A DNA stretch of 64,000 nt from an uncultured Dehalococcoidia bacterium. Its GTDB lineage: Bacteria > Chloroflexota > Dehalococcoidia > Lucifugimonadales > UBA1127. Location: assembly GCA_951812285.1 (NCBI GenBank), contig OX638292.1, positions 230,774 through 294,773 on the forward strand, in the 5' to 3' direction. The notes beneath the pieces are model-generated. The model was not told where the DNA came from and made no database searches. It saw nothing but the letters and a program-made list of their open reading frames with translations. The stretch's first letter is position 1. Every line of letters starts with the position of its first letter. Position numbers and translations under genes: made by a program. This document shows positions 55,674 through 64,000 of this stretch, piece after piece.

Positions 55674-56048
55674 ATGTGCGTCGTTGTCCTGATTAAGGGA
55701 ACTGTGGACAGTGAGGCAGGCGCCTTGCCCTCCAAGGAGCTCATTATGGCCATGGCCGCCTACAACGATGAGCTGGCAAACGCGGGCATCATGATTGATG
55801 GCGGCGGCTTCAAGCCGACGTCACAGGGCGTCCGCGTCACCTTCGACGGCGACAGCCGCACAGTCGTCGACGACCCTTTCGGCAACCCCAACGAGCTCGT
55901 AGCTGGCTACTGGATCTGGCAGGTCAACGACATGGACGAGGCCATCGAGTGGTTGAAGGGGGCACCCAACCCAATGCCCGGTCCCAGCATGGTCGAGATC
56001 CGGCCGCTTTATGAAACAGAGGACTTCGCCTCGGTATTTGCGGAGTAG
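55674..56048 (+). CDS. YciI/YCII-related (DGPF-domain) family protein
   Basis: About 124 aa. Pattern M..VVLIKG....AG..PS.EL..AM..YN.EL..AG....G.GL.P...G.RV......V.DGPF is typical of YCII-related proteins. ATG at 55674 follows GGTGGAGAG. Confidence 0.75.
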   Translation: MCVVVLIKGTVDSEAGALPSKELIMAMAAYNDELANAGIMIDGGGFKPTSQGVRVTFDGDSRTVVDDPFGNPNELVAGYWIWQVNDMDEAIEWLKGAPNPMPGPSMVEIRPLYETEDFASVFAE

Positions 56049-56179
56049 CTCCAGGACTGGAATCCCAAGTGCCAGTCCAGTTGAGGCGCCGATAGCCGTC
56101 GGTACATGGACGGATTCGCCCAAAGAGAGTAGGATTCTCGCCACTCAGGGGAGGCCTAGCGGAGTAACAATACCCGCAC

Positions 56180-57457
56180 ATGAACGTCAACACCATCGCC
56201 GAAAAGCTGGCCGTCATCCATGCGCTCCAGCATCGGGATTTTCGCCTCTACTGGACCGGCAACTTCATGTCGGTCATCGGCCAGCAGATTTCTATCACGG
56301 TGCAGGCATGGCTCATCTTCGAGCTGACCGGCTCGGCGCTGCAGTTGGGCCTGCTTGGCCTTGCAAGGGCGGCGCCTGCCGTAGTGCTGGGACTCCTCGG
56401 GGGCATCGCGGCGGACAAGTTCAGTCAGCGCAAGCTACTGACCATAACCATTGCCATCGTCGGCATCATCTGGACCATCTTTGCCACGCTTACGTACTCC
56501 GGCAGCATCCAGGTGTGGCAGGTGCTGGCGCTGGTGTTTGCCGTCGGCGCGGTGCAGTCATTCCAGCAGGCGTCCCGGCAGGCCATCTTCCCAAGCCTCA
56601 TAGACCATCGCCACATGTCGAGCGCAGTGGGTTTAAACTCCGCCATCCATCCCGGTGCGCGCATCTTCGCACCCGTGTTGGCGGGCTACCTCATTGACTA
56701 CCTTGGAGTTCCTATGGAGGGCGCGGGCATTGCCATGTACCTCGTGGCAGTCGGCAGCTTCATCTACTGCTTCATGGTGTTTCTGACCAAGCCGCGCGAC
56801 ATCAAGCGAGCGCAGGGCGCCAACGGGCTCCAAGACCTCATGGATGGCCTGCGGTATGTGCGAAGCCACCGGATCTTCTTCCTCATCATCGGAACCAGCA
56901 TGGCCAACGCATTTTTCGCGGGATCCCATGTCATTCTGGCCCCTGTCTTCGCCGATAAGCTCTTTGGCGAGGCGTCCGGGTCGGCTATCGGCTACATCTT
57001 CGCGGCGGGTGGAGTTGGCGGCATGACTGGCGCGCTCCTCGGCGGATCGCTGGGCACCATTCGGAATAAGGGAGGCGTGCTGGTCGGCAGCGCGCTCACC
57101 TTCGGCGGCGCCGTCGTCGCATTCGCCCTGTCCCCATGGTACGCACTATTGTTGGCGATGGAGTTCCTGTCGGCTGCCGGCAACGAGCTCTTCGTCGTGG
57201 TAGGGCAGAGCATCCTTCACCTGGAAGTGCCCAACGAGTACCGCGGCCGCGTCATGGGCATCTGGGGCATGACGTACACGCTGGCGCAGCCCATGGGGTC
57301 AATGCAGGTTGGTTTCCTGGCGAGCGCCATTACGGCGCCCCTTGCCGTTGCTATCAGCGGAGGTGTCGCATGTGCAATCTCACTCCTCGGCGTTGGTCGC
57401 GACCCGCAGATCCGCGCTATCGGCAAGGAGCCTCGCGTAGTCGAGAGTCGACCATAG
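56180..57457 (+). CDS. MFS transporter (EntS/MFS_3-like), MFS-B, paralog of MFS-A
   Basis: 425 aa, about 12 TM helices. HRDFRLYWTG motif and long blocks shared with 23798-25096. Confidence 0.85.
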   Translation: MNVNTIAEKLAVIHALQHRDFRLYWTGNFMSVIGQQISITVQAWLIFELTGSALQLGLLGLARAAPAVVLGLLGGIAADKFSQRKLLTITIAIVGIIWTIFATLTYSGSIQVWQVLALVFAVGAVQSFQQASRQAIFPSLIDHRHMSSAVGLNSAIHPGARIFAPVLAGYLIDYLGVPMEGAGIAMYLVAVGSFIYCFMVFLTKPRDIKRAQGANGLQDLMDGLRYVRSHRIFFLIIGTSMANAFFAGSHVILAPVFADKLFGEASGSAIGYIFAAGGVGGMTGALLGGSLGTIRNKGGVLVGSALTFGGAVVAFALSPWYALLLAMEFLSAAGNELFVVVGQSILHLEVPNEYRGRVMGIWGMTYTLAQPMGSMQVGFLASAITAPLAVAISGGVACAISLLGVGRDPQIRAIGKEPRVVESRP

Positions 57458-57639
57458 CAGAGCAAGCAGCGAGGGAAACGCCACTCGGCCGGGGCAAGTC
57501 GTATACTCACTATCCGCTCCCAGGTCTTGACCCCCTACGCTGCTTTGGGTAGCATCGCCTTAATTCGGAACGCATTCAGCCGTGGTGTCTCTATCGGCTG
57601 CCCGGCTGCACGGCGAAGTTACAGAAGAGGAGATGCAAC

Positions 57640-58431
57640 ATGGCAACGCAGGAACGATTGGCAGCGGCAGGCGCCTACACCAAGGCGCTGGCGACCGGAG
57701 ACCGCGCGGCGGCGGACGCGGCGGCCCCGCACCTCGCCCAGGACATCGTGGTGCAGGTGGGCAACCGCACGTTCGATGGCTACGATGAGGCGCTCGAGCA
57801 CATCACCGGCATTTGGCCCCTGACCCCCGTGTACCGCAAGGGCACCTGGGCCGACCCCGCCGAGGAAAACGGCGGCGTGGTCGTCCGCGGCACGATGGCG
57901 CCCGTTGGCGCAGGCCCAGCGCAGGTTAACCTCACCTTCGCCTTCAACGACGACGACCAGATCAGCCGGGTTGACCAAGAGAACGTCATTGGCACCGAGT
58001 TGTTCGAGGTCAACGAGCTCCCAGGCTTCGTCTGCGACGCGGTCAACAACGCCCTGTTCAACGACACCCCGCTCTCCGTGAGCTACGTGGACGCGGATGG
58101 AAAGCCGAAGCTCTCCCTGCGCGGCAGCGTGCGGGCCTACGGCGACCAGGCGCTGAGCATCTGGGCACGGAAGGAGTCCGGCTTGGCCGACGCCATCAAG
58201 GCCAACCCCAACATGTCGCTGCTCTACCGCGACAACCCGACGCGCTCGACGCTGATCTTCACCGGCAAGGCGCGAATCGAGGAGGACGACGGCGAGCGCA
58301 AGCGCATCTTCGATGAGACGCCCGAGGTTGAGCGCAACCACGAGTCATGGACCTCCGGCGCGGCGGTCATTATCGATTTGGACACCGCGGACGGCGCCAC
58401 ACCCGACGGCCGAGTGCGCTTCCGCCGGTAG
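57640..58431 (+). CDS. Two-domain protein: N-terminal SnoaL/NTF2-like region fused to a pyridoxamine-5'-phosphate-oxidase-like FMN-binding split barrel
   Basis: 263 aa. The C-terminal ~145 aa (..PLSVSYVDADGKPKLSLRGS...LLYRD......L.F.G.A....D...R..IF) resemble PNPOx-like proteins. The N-terminal ~115 aa look NTF2-like. The assignment is made by eye only. Confidence 0.55.
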   Translation: MATQERLAAAGAYTKALATGDRAAADAAAPHLAQDIVVQVGNRTFDGYDEALEHITGIWPLTPVYRKGTWADPAEENGGVVVRGTMAPVGAGPAQVNLTFAFNDDDQISRVDQENVIGTELFEVNELPGFVCDAVNNALFNDTPLSVSYVDADGKPKLSLRGSVRAYGDQALSIWARKESGLADAIKANPNMSLLYRDNPTRSTLIFTGKARIEEDDGERKRIFDETPEVERNHESWTSGAAVIIDLDTADGATPDGRVRFRR

Positions 58432-58523
58432 TCTCTCCTTCGCAACCATGCAAAGCCGCCCTGTCCGGCACACAGCCGCGGGGCGGCTTTGATTTCACTC
58501 AATACTGCAGTATGGAGGCCGTG

Positions 58524-59591
58524 ATGAAGACACCCGCAGCCATCTACCTGGAGGCTGGCAAGCCCATGGTCATCGACGACATCGACCTGCCGGACCCGGG
58601 CCCTACACACGTCATTGTTAAGCAGTACGCCACGGGCGTGTGCCACTCGCAACTGCACGAACTCGACCGACCGAACGCCAATGTGCCATTGGTGCTGGGC
58701 CATGAGTCCACCGGGGTCGTGACAGCGGTGGGCAGTGACGTCACGCACGTCAAAGAGGGCGACAACGTCATGGTAACGTGGGTGCCGCGGGGCGCATCTC
58801 CCCTGATTCCGCCTCCTACGCCTGCCGCGATCACCTACAAGGGTACACAGCTCAACTACGGCGCGCCAGCAGCAACTGGCACATTCACGTGGGCCGAGAC
58901 GGTGGCGGTGGACGAGCAGATGGTGGTGAAACTCGAGTCTGACGTTGCGACCGATGTGACGTCGGTCATCGGCTGCGCGGTGATGACAGGCTGCGGCGCC
59001 GCCGTCAACGCGGCGATGGTGCGACCGAACTCTTCCTGCGCCATCATCGGCGCAGGCGGCGTGGGCCTGAGCATCATCCAGGCGTGCGCCAATTTGGGGG
59101 CGTACCCCATCATCGCGGTGGACCTGACGGCGGAGAAGCTGGCCTTCGCCAAGCAGTTTGGCGCGACGCACGGCGTGCTTGCGTCTGAGACTGACGCCGT
59201 GGCCGAGGTGGCCGCGATGACGAGCGGCGGCGTCGAGTTTGCCTTTGACGCCATCGGCATCGGCAAGACCATCGAACAGGCGCTGCTGATGGCGCGTCCC
59301 CGCCGGCTCGGCGAGCGCGAGGGCGGCACGGCGGTGCTTGTCGGCGTGCCTCACGGCGCGGCGCCGCAGATATCGCCCTTCCACCTCTTCCGCGGCAACG
59401 TCTACCGGGGCGCGCCGGGCGGGTGCAGCGTTCCCGACCGGGACTTCCCCATGCTGGTCCGGTGGTACCAGGAGGGGAAGCTTCCGCTGGACCTGATGGT
59501 GACGCAGCGGTACCGGTTGGAGCAGATCAACGAGGCGTGCGATGCGCTGCGCAACGGCGAGATCGCGGGCAGGGCCATTGTAGAGTTCTAG
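58524..59591 (+). CDS. Zn-dependent alcohol dehydrogenase (MDR, class-III-like)
   Basis: GVCHSQLHE and GHESTGVV Zn ligands. Rossmann IIGAGGVG. ATG at 58524 lies 5 nt after GGAGG. The ORF-track start at 58347 adds an Arg-rich non-protein-like extension. Confidence 0.85.
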   Translation: MKTPAAIYLEAGKPMVIDDIDLPDPGPTHVIVKQYATGVCHSQLHELDRPNANVPLVLGHESTGVVTAVGSDVTHVKEGDNVMVTWVPRGASPLIPPPTPAAITYKGTQLNYGAPAATGTFTWAETVAVDEQMVVKLESDVATDVTSVIGCAVMTGCGAAVNAAMVRPNSSCAIIGAGGVGLSIIQACANLGAYPIIAVDLTAEKLAFAKQFGATHGVLASETDAVAEVAAMTSGGVEFAFDAIGIGKTIEQALLMARPRRLGEREGGTAVLVGVPHGAAPQISPFHLFRGNVYRGAPGGCSVPDRDFPMLVRWYQEGKLPLDLMVTQRYRLEQINEACDALRNGEIAGRAIVEF

Positions 59592-59612
59592 GGGCGTTTA
59601 GGGCCCCCTTCC

Positions 59613-60506
59613 CTATAGCGCGGCCCTGAGCGCCCTAATGTGCTCTGGGCCGGTGCCGCAGCACCCGCCGATGATGCTGATGCCCATCTGCGCCAACTCC
59701 GCAAATTGCGGAGCCATGTACTCCGGCGACTCCGGGTAGACGATATCCGCGTCCTTTATGGAGGGGATGCCGGCGTTGGAGTGGATGATGGTGTAGGCGC
59801 TGGATGCGCTCTGGATCTCCCTCGCAACGGCCACCATGTCTTCAATGCCGTTGCCGCAGTTTGCCCCGACGACGTCCGCGCCCGCCTGCTGCAGCGCCTC
59901 CATGGCCTGTGCGGGCGAGACTCCCATGATGGTGATGAAGCCGTCAACGCTCCGGTCGAAAACCATGCTGGCCATGACCGGCAGGTCTGTGTGCTCCTTC
60001 GCAGCCTTGATCGCGATGACCGCTTCCTCGATGACCCGAAGCGTTTCGAACAGGAGGGCGTCTGCGCCACCCTCAGCGAGCGCCTTCACCTGCTCGACGT
60101 ATGCGGCGCGCATGTCGTCCTGATGCACGCGACCAAGGGGCAGCGGGAACTCGCCGAGGGGGCCCACGGAGCCGACGACGTAACGACCCGGTCCCGCCTG
60201 AGACTTCGCGAGGAGAACCGCCTCCCGGTTGAACTCGGTCACCCTGTCACCGAGGTCGTACTTGGCGAGGCTGTAGCGGTTGCCTCCGAAGGTGTTGGTC
60301 AGCACCATCTCCGCGCCGGCGTCAAAGTAGGCTGAGGCCATGCCCTTCACAACGTCGCCGTTGGTGACGTTAAACTCCTCCGCGCATTGCCAGGACTCCA
60401 GGCCGTGCTGCTGCAGGTAGGTCCACGTGGCGCCGTCCGACACCATGACGCGGCCCGTCGCGAGACGCTCCATGAGGGACTGGGCCTTTGCAGATCCGCT
60501 CATCAT
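59613..60506 (-). CDS. Homocysteine S-methyltransferase-domain protein (stand-alone Hcy-binding domain; MmuM/BHMT/MetH-N-like)
   Basis: 297 aa. DGATWTYL N-terminal motif, NTFGGN, and Zn-binding cysteines in GANCG and GGCCGTGPEHI. Confidence 0.85.
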   Translation of the reverse strand: MMSGSAKAQSLMERLATGRVMVSDGATWTYLQQHGLESWQCAEEFNVTNGDVVKGMASAYFDAGAEMVLTNTFGGNRYSLAKYDLGDRVTEFNREAVLLAKSQAGPGRYVVGSVGPLGEFPLPLGRVHQDDMRAAYVEQVKALAEGGADALLFETLRVIEEAVIAIKAAKEHTDLPVMASMVFDRSVDGFITIMGVSPAQAMEALQQAGADVVGANCGNGIEDMVAVAREIQSASSAYTIIHSNAGIPSIKDADIVYPESPEYMAPQFAELAQMGISIIGGCCGTGPEHIRALRAAL

Positions 60507-61654
60507 GACACCGCCTCCGTGGGGGTCCTTGAAATCAGGAAGGACTCGTCGGTGAACCAGAGGCCGTTGTACTTGTGCAGCACGGACTGCGTCACATCCA
60601 GGTAGTCACCCCGGGTCATGGCATCGCGGAGGCGGTCGTCGTCTGTCTGCGCGACGTAGGTGGCGGCGTTCCAAGCGGCCAGCAGGGCTGAAGTGCCGAT
60701 GTTGCTCGCGACCTCCTCCGGTTGGAGCTGGAGTTCGTAGCGGAACTCGGCACGGGAGTCCGGATAGCTGAGGAAGCGAAGGTCCGGGTTGGACTCGCCA
60801 AGCTGGGCGCGCAACTCACGGAGCAGGTCGAAACGCGGAGTTTGGAAAGGGTCCTCGTCGGGCCAGAGGGTGCGAATGATCTCCATGCCGGGGTCCTTGC
60901 CCGTTGACTGCACGATGACCATGTTGCCCCCGGGCGCCAGGGCCTTGGCCAGCGGAGCCAGGACCGTCCTAACCTTGGCGGTAGCCGGTTGCGTTGCGCG
61001 AAAGGGCTGCGCTGCGAGCATGAGGTCGTAGGCGAGATTGCCCCGGCCGCGGACGGGAATGACGGGCGCAAGGGGCCACTGCTGGTCCTTGCGGTAGATG
61101 ACGAGGACCGAGGGGGCGGCGTAGACCGGGTTGCCGGTGCGCTCGCTGGGCTTGGTCTGCCACCACTCTCTTACTAGCGGGAGGAGGTCGCGTATCTGCT
61201 CGTCGAAGTCGTACGCGGTGTTGCCTTCGAAGGCGAATTCCCGCCAATTCAGCTTCGCCTGCTTCTCCTCCGTCGAGGGCCAGAGATAGGGGGCTTCGGT
61301 GTAGAGCATGTTGGTGACGACAATGACGGTCTGGGGGTGCTCGCTCAGGCGGTCGCCCATGCGCTCGAGGCTGAGGCGCACATCCTCGTGGCTGATCTCC
61401 TTGCCGACGATGAGTAAGGGCACAGTGGGGAAGCGCTGGTGGAGGTGACGCATGAGCCGCGTGATGACGGTGGCGTCGCCCATGCCGGCGTCGAAAACGC
61501 GGAGGGCGGGTTGGACGGGCTGGAGGTGGCGGATGTCCATGGCGACGCGGCGGGCGATGAGCTGCTTCTCGTTGCAGGTGGAGACGAACTGCAGGTACTT
61601 TTCGCGGTTGTCGAAGAAGCGGAGCGATGGGGCCTGGTTTTCCATTGCAGCCAA
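60503..61654 (-). CDS. Hypothetical protein with class-I SAM-methyltransferase-like motifs
   Basis: 383 aa. Motif-I-like VFDAGMGDATV and a later LAPGGNMVIV, separated by an unusually long insert. Its stop overlaps the downstream start by 4 nt (ATGA). It starts 20 nt after the metF stop. Confidence 0.6.
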   Translation of the reverse strand: MAAMENQAPSLRFFDNREKYLQFVSTCNEKQLIARRVAMDIRHLQPVQPALRVFDAGMGDATVITRLMRHLHQRFPTVPLLIVGKEISHEDVRLSLERMGDRLSEHPQTVIVVTNMLYTEAPYLWPSTEEKQAKLNWREFAFEGNTAYDFDEQIRDLLPLVREWWQTKPSERTGNPVYAAPSVLVIYRKDQQWPLAPVIPVRGRGNLAYDLMLAAQPFRATQPATAKVRTVLAPLAKALAPGGNMVIVQSTGKDPGMEIIRTLWPDEDPFQTPRFDLLRELRAQLGESNPDLRFLSYPDSRAEFRYELQLQPEEVASNIGTSALLAAWNAATYVAQTDDDRLRDAMTRGDYLDVTQSVLHKYNGLWFTDESFLISRTPTEAVS

Positions 61655-61674
61655 TGTCCTCCCTCTCCTCCCCG

Positions 61675-62553
61675 TTAGAGGCCCGCTTCCTCCAGCACCT
61701 GGGGCAGCCTGGATTCCCAGCCTGCCGCGATGAGGTGCACGCCCTGGGCCATGCCCTGCAATCCCCGTATGGTGCGGGCCGCGATCTGGATGCTGACGGC
61801 GGACCGCTCCTCGGCGGTGGTGGCTTTCTCCATGTCATTGATGAGGGCTTCCGGGACGGTGATGCCGGGCACCTTCTCGTTCAGGAAGCGGGCCATGTCC
61901 GCCGACTTTAGCATGATGATGCTGGGTAGCATGGGGACGCCCATGGACGCCGTGGCCTCGGCATAGCGCTCGTAGTCGGCCGGGTCATAGACGGCCTGGG
62001 TCTGGAAGAACTGGGCGCCGGCGTCCACCTTCATCTGCACGCGGCCGAGCTCGAAGTCGAGGTCGTCGGCGCCGGGGTTGGCGACTGCGCCGGCGAAGAA
62101 CTCGGGCGTGCCGCGCAGGGCGTTGCCGTTGATGTCGTGGCCTTCCGTGAGCGCCTTGACGGCGCCGAGAAGTCCGACGGCATCGAAGTCGAAGACGGGC
62201 TTGGCCTCGGGGTGGTCGCCGATGGTGGGCGGGTCACCGCCCATGCACACGACGTTGCCAATGCCGAGGGCGGCGGCGCCAAGGAGGTCGCCCTGCAGCG
62301 CGATGCGATTGCGGTCACGGCAGGTGAGCTGCAGGATGCTCTCGACCCCGCGGTCGAGGAGGAGCCTGGCCGCGGCGAGGGGGACCATGGCCATCTTGGC
62401 GGTGTAGGAGTCCGTGAGGTTGAACGCGTTGACCTTGTCCTTGAGCAGGTCCGCCTTCTCATAGAGGGAGTCAAGGTTGGTGCCCTTGGGAGGGCTCAAC
62501 TCCGCGGTAACGGCGAAGCGCCCGTTGGCCAGCGTTTCCTTAAGATTGCTCAT
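61675..62553 (-). CDS. metF: 5,10-methylenetetrahydrofolate reductase
   Basis: MetF-family blocks (FAVTAELSPPKG, NLTDS, LTCRDRNR, NVVCMGGDPP, FFQTQAVYD). ATG at 62553 follows GAGGGGGAG. Confidence 0.85.
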   Translation of the reverse strand: MSNLKETLANGRFAVTAELSPPKGTNLDSLYEKADLLKDKVNAFNLTDSYTAKMAMVPLAAARLLLDRGVESILQLTCRDRNRIALQGDLLGAAALGIGNVVCMGGDPPTIGDHPEAKPVFDFDAVGLLGAVKALTEGHDINGNALRGTPEFFAGAVANPGADDLDFELGRVQMKVDAGAQFFQTQAVYDPADYERYAEATASMGVPMLPSIIMLKSADMARFLNEKVPGITVPEALINDMEKATTAEERSAVSIQIAARTIRGLQGMAQGVHLIAAGWESRLPQVLEEAGL

Positions 62554-62807
62554 GCGCTCCCCCTCGTTTAGCATGATTTTGCGACGCGGGCCGCGCCTGC
62601 GCCGCCTTTACGAGGGCATTGTAACATCTTCAAATCGGAATGATAGCAAAATCTTACTGCCGGATTTACGAATAATGACTGAGGCCATATCATGGGGCCT
62701 GCTTGCACCCTCGTCAAGAGGGATTTGGCAGTAAACCTGAGCATAGGCCTTACATAGGGCACCAAGTTCGCGCGTGGCAGCGTTTGCCACCGAGATGGAG
62801 GAGTTGC

Positions 62808-64000
62808 ATGAAGCCGATCGCGGAAATCGCCGAGGGGCTGGGGCTGGACACGGCCGCCATCATCCCGCAGGGACACTACAAGGCGAAGATCCCGCTGGAC
62901 GCCATCCGCGAGGACGGGCCTCGGGGCAAGCTGGTGGTGGTCACGGGCATCACGCCGACGCCGGCGGGCGAGGGGAAGACCACGACGACCGTCGGATTGA
63001 CGCAGGCGATGGGCCGGCTGGGCAAGAACGTGGTCGCGACGCTGCGTGAGCCGTCGCTGGGGCCGATCTTCGGCATCAAGGGCGGCGGGACCGGCGGAGG
63101 GCTCTCGCTGGTGGAGCCGCAGGACGAGGTGAACATCCACTTCACCGGCGACGCACACGCGGTGGGCTCGGCGAACAACCTGCTGGCGGCGTTGACGGAC
63201 AACGCGGCGCAACGGGGGCAGGTGCCCGGCTTCCGCCCCGAGCGCATCACGTGGAGGCGGGTCACCGACGTGGAGGACCGCGCGCTGCGGAGCATCGTCA
63301 CGGGGCTGGGAGGTTCGGCCAACGCTCCCCTGCGCGAGACGGGCGTCGACATTGTGACTGCGTCCGAGATCATGGCGATTCTGGCGCTGGCCCGCGACCT
63401 GGATAACCTTCGCGAGCGGCTCGGCCGCATCGTAGTCGGGTACACGGATGAGAACGCGCCGGTGACGGCAGAGGACGTGAACGCCGTTGGCTCCATGATG
63501 TCGTTGCTGCGCCATGCCATCCTCCCCAATCTTGTTCAGACCACCGAGGGGCAGCCGGTCATCGTACACGCGGGGCCCTTCGGCAACATCGCGCACGGGT
63601 GCAGCTCGGTGGTCGGCGACCGGCTGGCGCTGGGGTACGCGGACTTCGTGCTGTCCGAGGCGGGCTTCGGGGCCGACCTGGGCTTCGAGAAGTTCATGCA
63701 CATCAAGGCGCGCTTCAACGGGCTGGAGCCGAGCGCGGCGGTGCTCGTCGCGACGGTGCGCGCGGTGAAGTACCACGGCGGCGTGGCGGTCCGCGAGCTG
63801 GCGACGCCGGACGAGGACGCGGTGCGCCGGGGCATGGAGAACCTGACCCACCTCATCGGCGTGGTGAAGGCGACGGGGCTGCCGGTGGTGGTGGCGGTCA
63901 ACCACTTCCCGACGGACACGCAGGCCGAGATGGACATCGTCAAGCGCGGCTGCGAGGACGCCGGGGCGTTTGCGGCCGTCGAGAGCCGGGTGTTCGCCGA
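62808..64000 (+). CDS. fhs: Formate--tetrahydrofolate ligase (3' end beyond the window)
   Basis: Absent from the ORF track because no stop is reached. Hand translation from ATG 62808 gives MKPIAEIAEGLGLD...VVTGITPTPAGEGKTTTTVGL..LREPSLGPIFGIKGGGTGGG, the FTHFS signature. RBS GGAGGAG. Confidence 0.9.
   Translation, partial: MKPIAEIAEGLGLDTAAIIPQGHYKAKIPLDAIREDGPRGKLVVVTGITPTPAGEGKTTTTVGLTQAMGRLGKNVVATLREPSLGPIFGIKGGGTGGGLSLVEPQDEVNIHFTGDAHAVGSANNLLAALTDNAAQRGQVPGFRPERITWRRVTDVEDRALRSIVTGLGGSANAPLRETGVDIVTASEIMAILALARDLDNLRERLGRIVVGYTDENAPVTAEDVNAVGSMMSLLRHAILPNLVQTTEGQPVIVHAGPFGNIAHGCSSVVGDRLALGYADFVLSEAGFGADLGFEKFMHIKARFNGLEPSAAVLVATVRAVKYHGGVAVRELATPDEDAVRRGMENLTHLIGVVKATGLPVVVAVNHFPTDTQAEMDIVKRGCEDAGAFAAVESRVFA

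Noticed and set aside
45922-57457. tRNA-Pro-flanked catabolic island as an integrated mobile element.
   Set aside because: I found no integrase, transposase or recombinase ORF, and no downstream direct repeat of the tRNA 3' end. I therefore make no mobile_element call. The tRNA proximity is noted only as context.
62554-62807. Possible riboswitch (ZTP/pfl, THF or SAM/SAH class) in the metF/fhs divergent region.
   Set aside because: Candidate promoters are present (TTTACG-17-TATCAT for fhs; an extended -10 TGTTACAAT for metF) and the leaders are about 60-115 nt. I could not find the conserved cores of those riboswitch classes. Only generic small hairpins are present (e.g. GTGGCA..TGCCAC, CCCTC..GAGGG).

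Overview
High-GC bacterial chromosomal window, densely coded on both strands. I ran no database, HMM or folding searches; every call comes from reading the ORF translations and the DNA. The many long antisense ORFs are GC-driven shadows.

Housekeeping genes present: secD-secF, cca, def, hsp20 divergent from a dnaJ-hspR-clpB operon, holA, ychF, hemW, ffh, tRNA-Gln(CUG), tRNA-Pro(GGG), cobQ, and sbcC followed by a decayed P-loop kinase pseudogene.

Accessory paralog families are interleaved with these:
- five phthalate-family Rieske oxygenase alpha subunits (one at 14.9-16.3 kb, four at 46.2-55.6 kb);
- four family-5 lipoprotein solute-binding proteins in two tandem pairs (19.7-23.6 kb, 50.5-54.2 kb);
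- two paralogous MFS transporters, plus assorted oxidoreductases and hydrolases.

Also present: a cobalamin riboswitch controlling a btuCFD-like ABC importer, and a C1 cluster (fhs divergent from metF - unknown - homocysteine S-methyltransferase).

Observations most worth a second look:
1. An 812-aa GAF-PAS-kinase-like-REC-wHTH fusion. All kinase catalytic boxes are degenerate (phospho-acceptor His replaced by Asn) while the receiver and DNA-binding parts look intact.
2. Orphan family-5 SBP pairs recurring next to paralogous MFS transporters, with no ABC membrane components in the window.
3. A Rieske oxygenase paralog array with no electron-transfer partner in 64 kb.
4. An unrecognised 383-aa methyltransferase-like gene, translationally coupled inside the metF / homocysteine-methyltransferase operon.

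The gene content (Rieske and SBP paralog expansion, monoderm-style lipoproteins with Pro/Thr linkers, HspR, PAC2) is reminiscent of marine Chloroflexota (SAR202-like). That is inference only.
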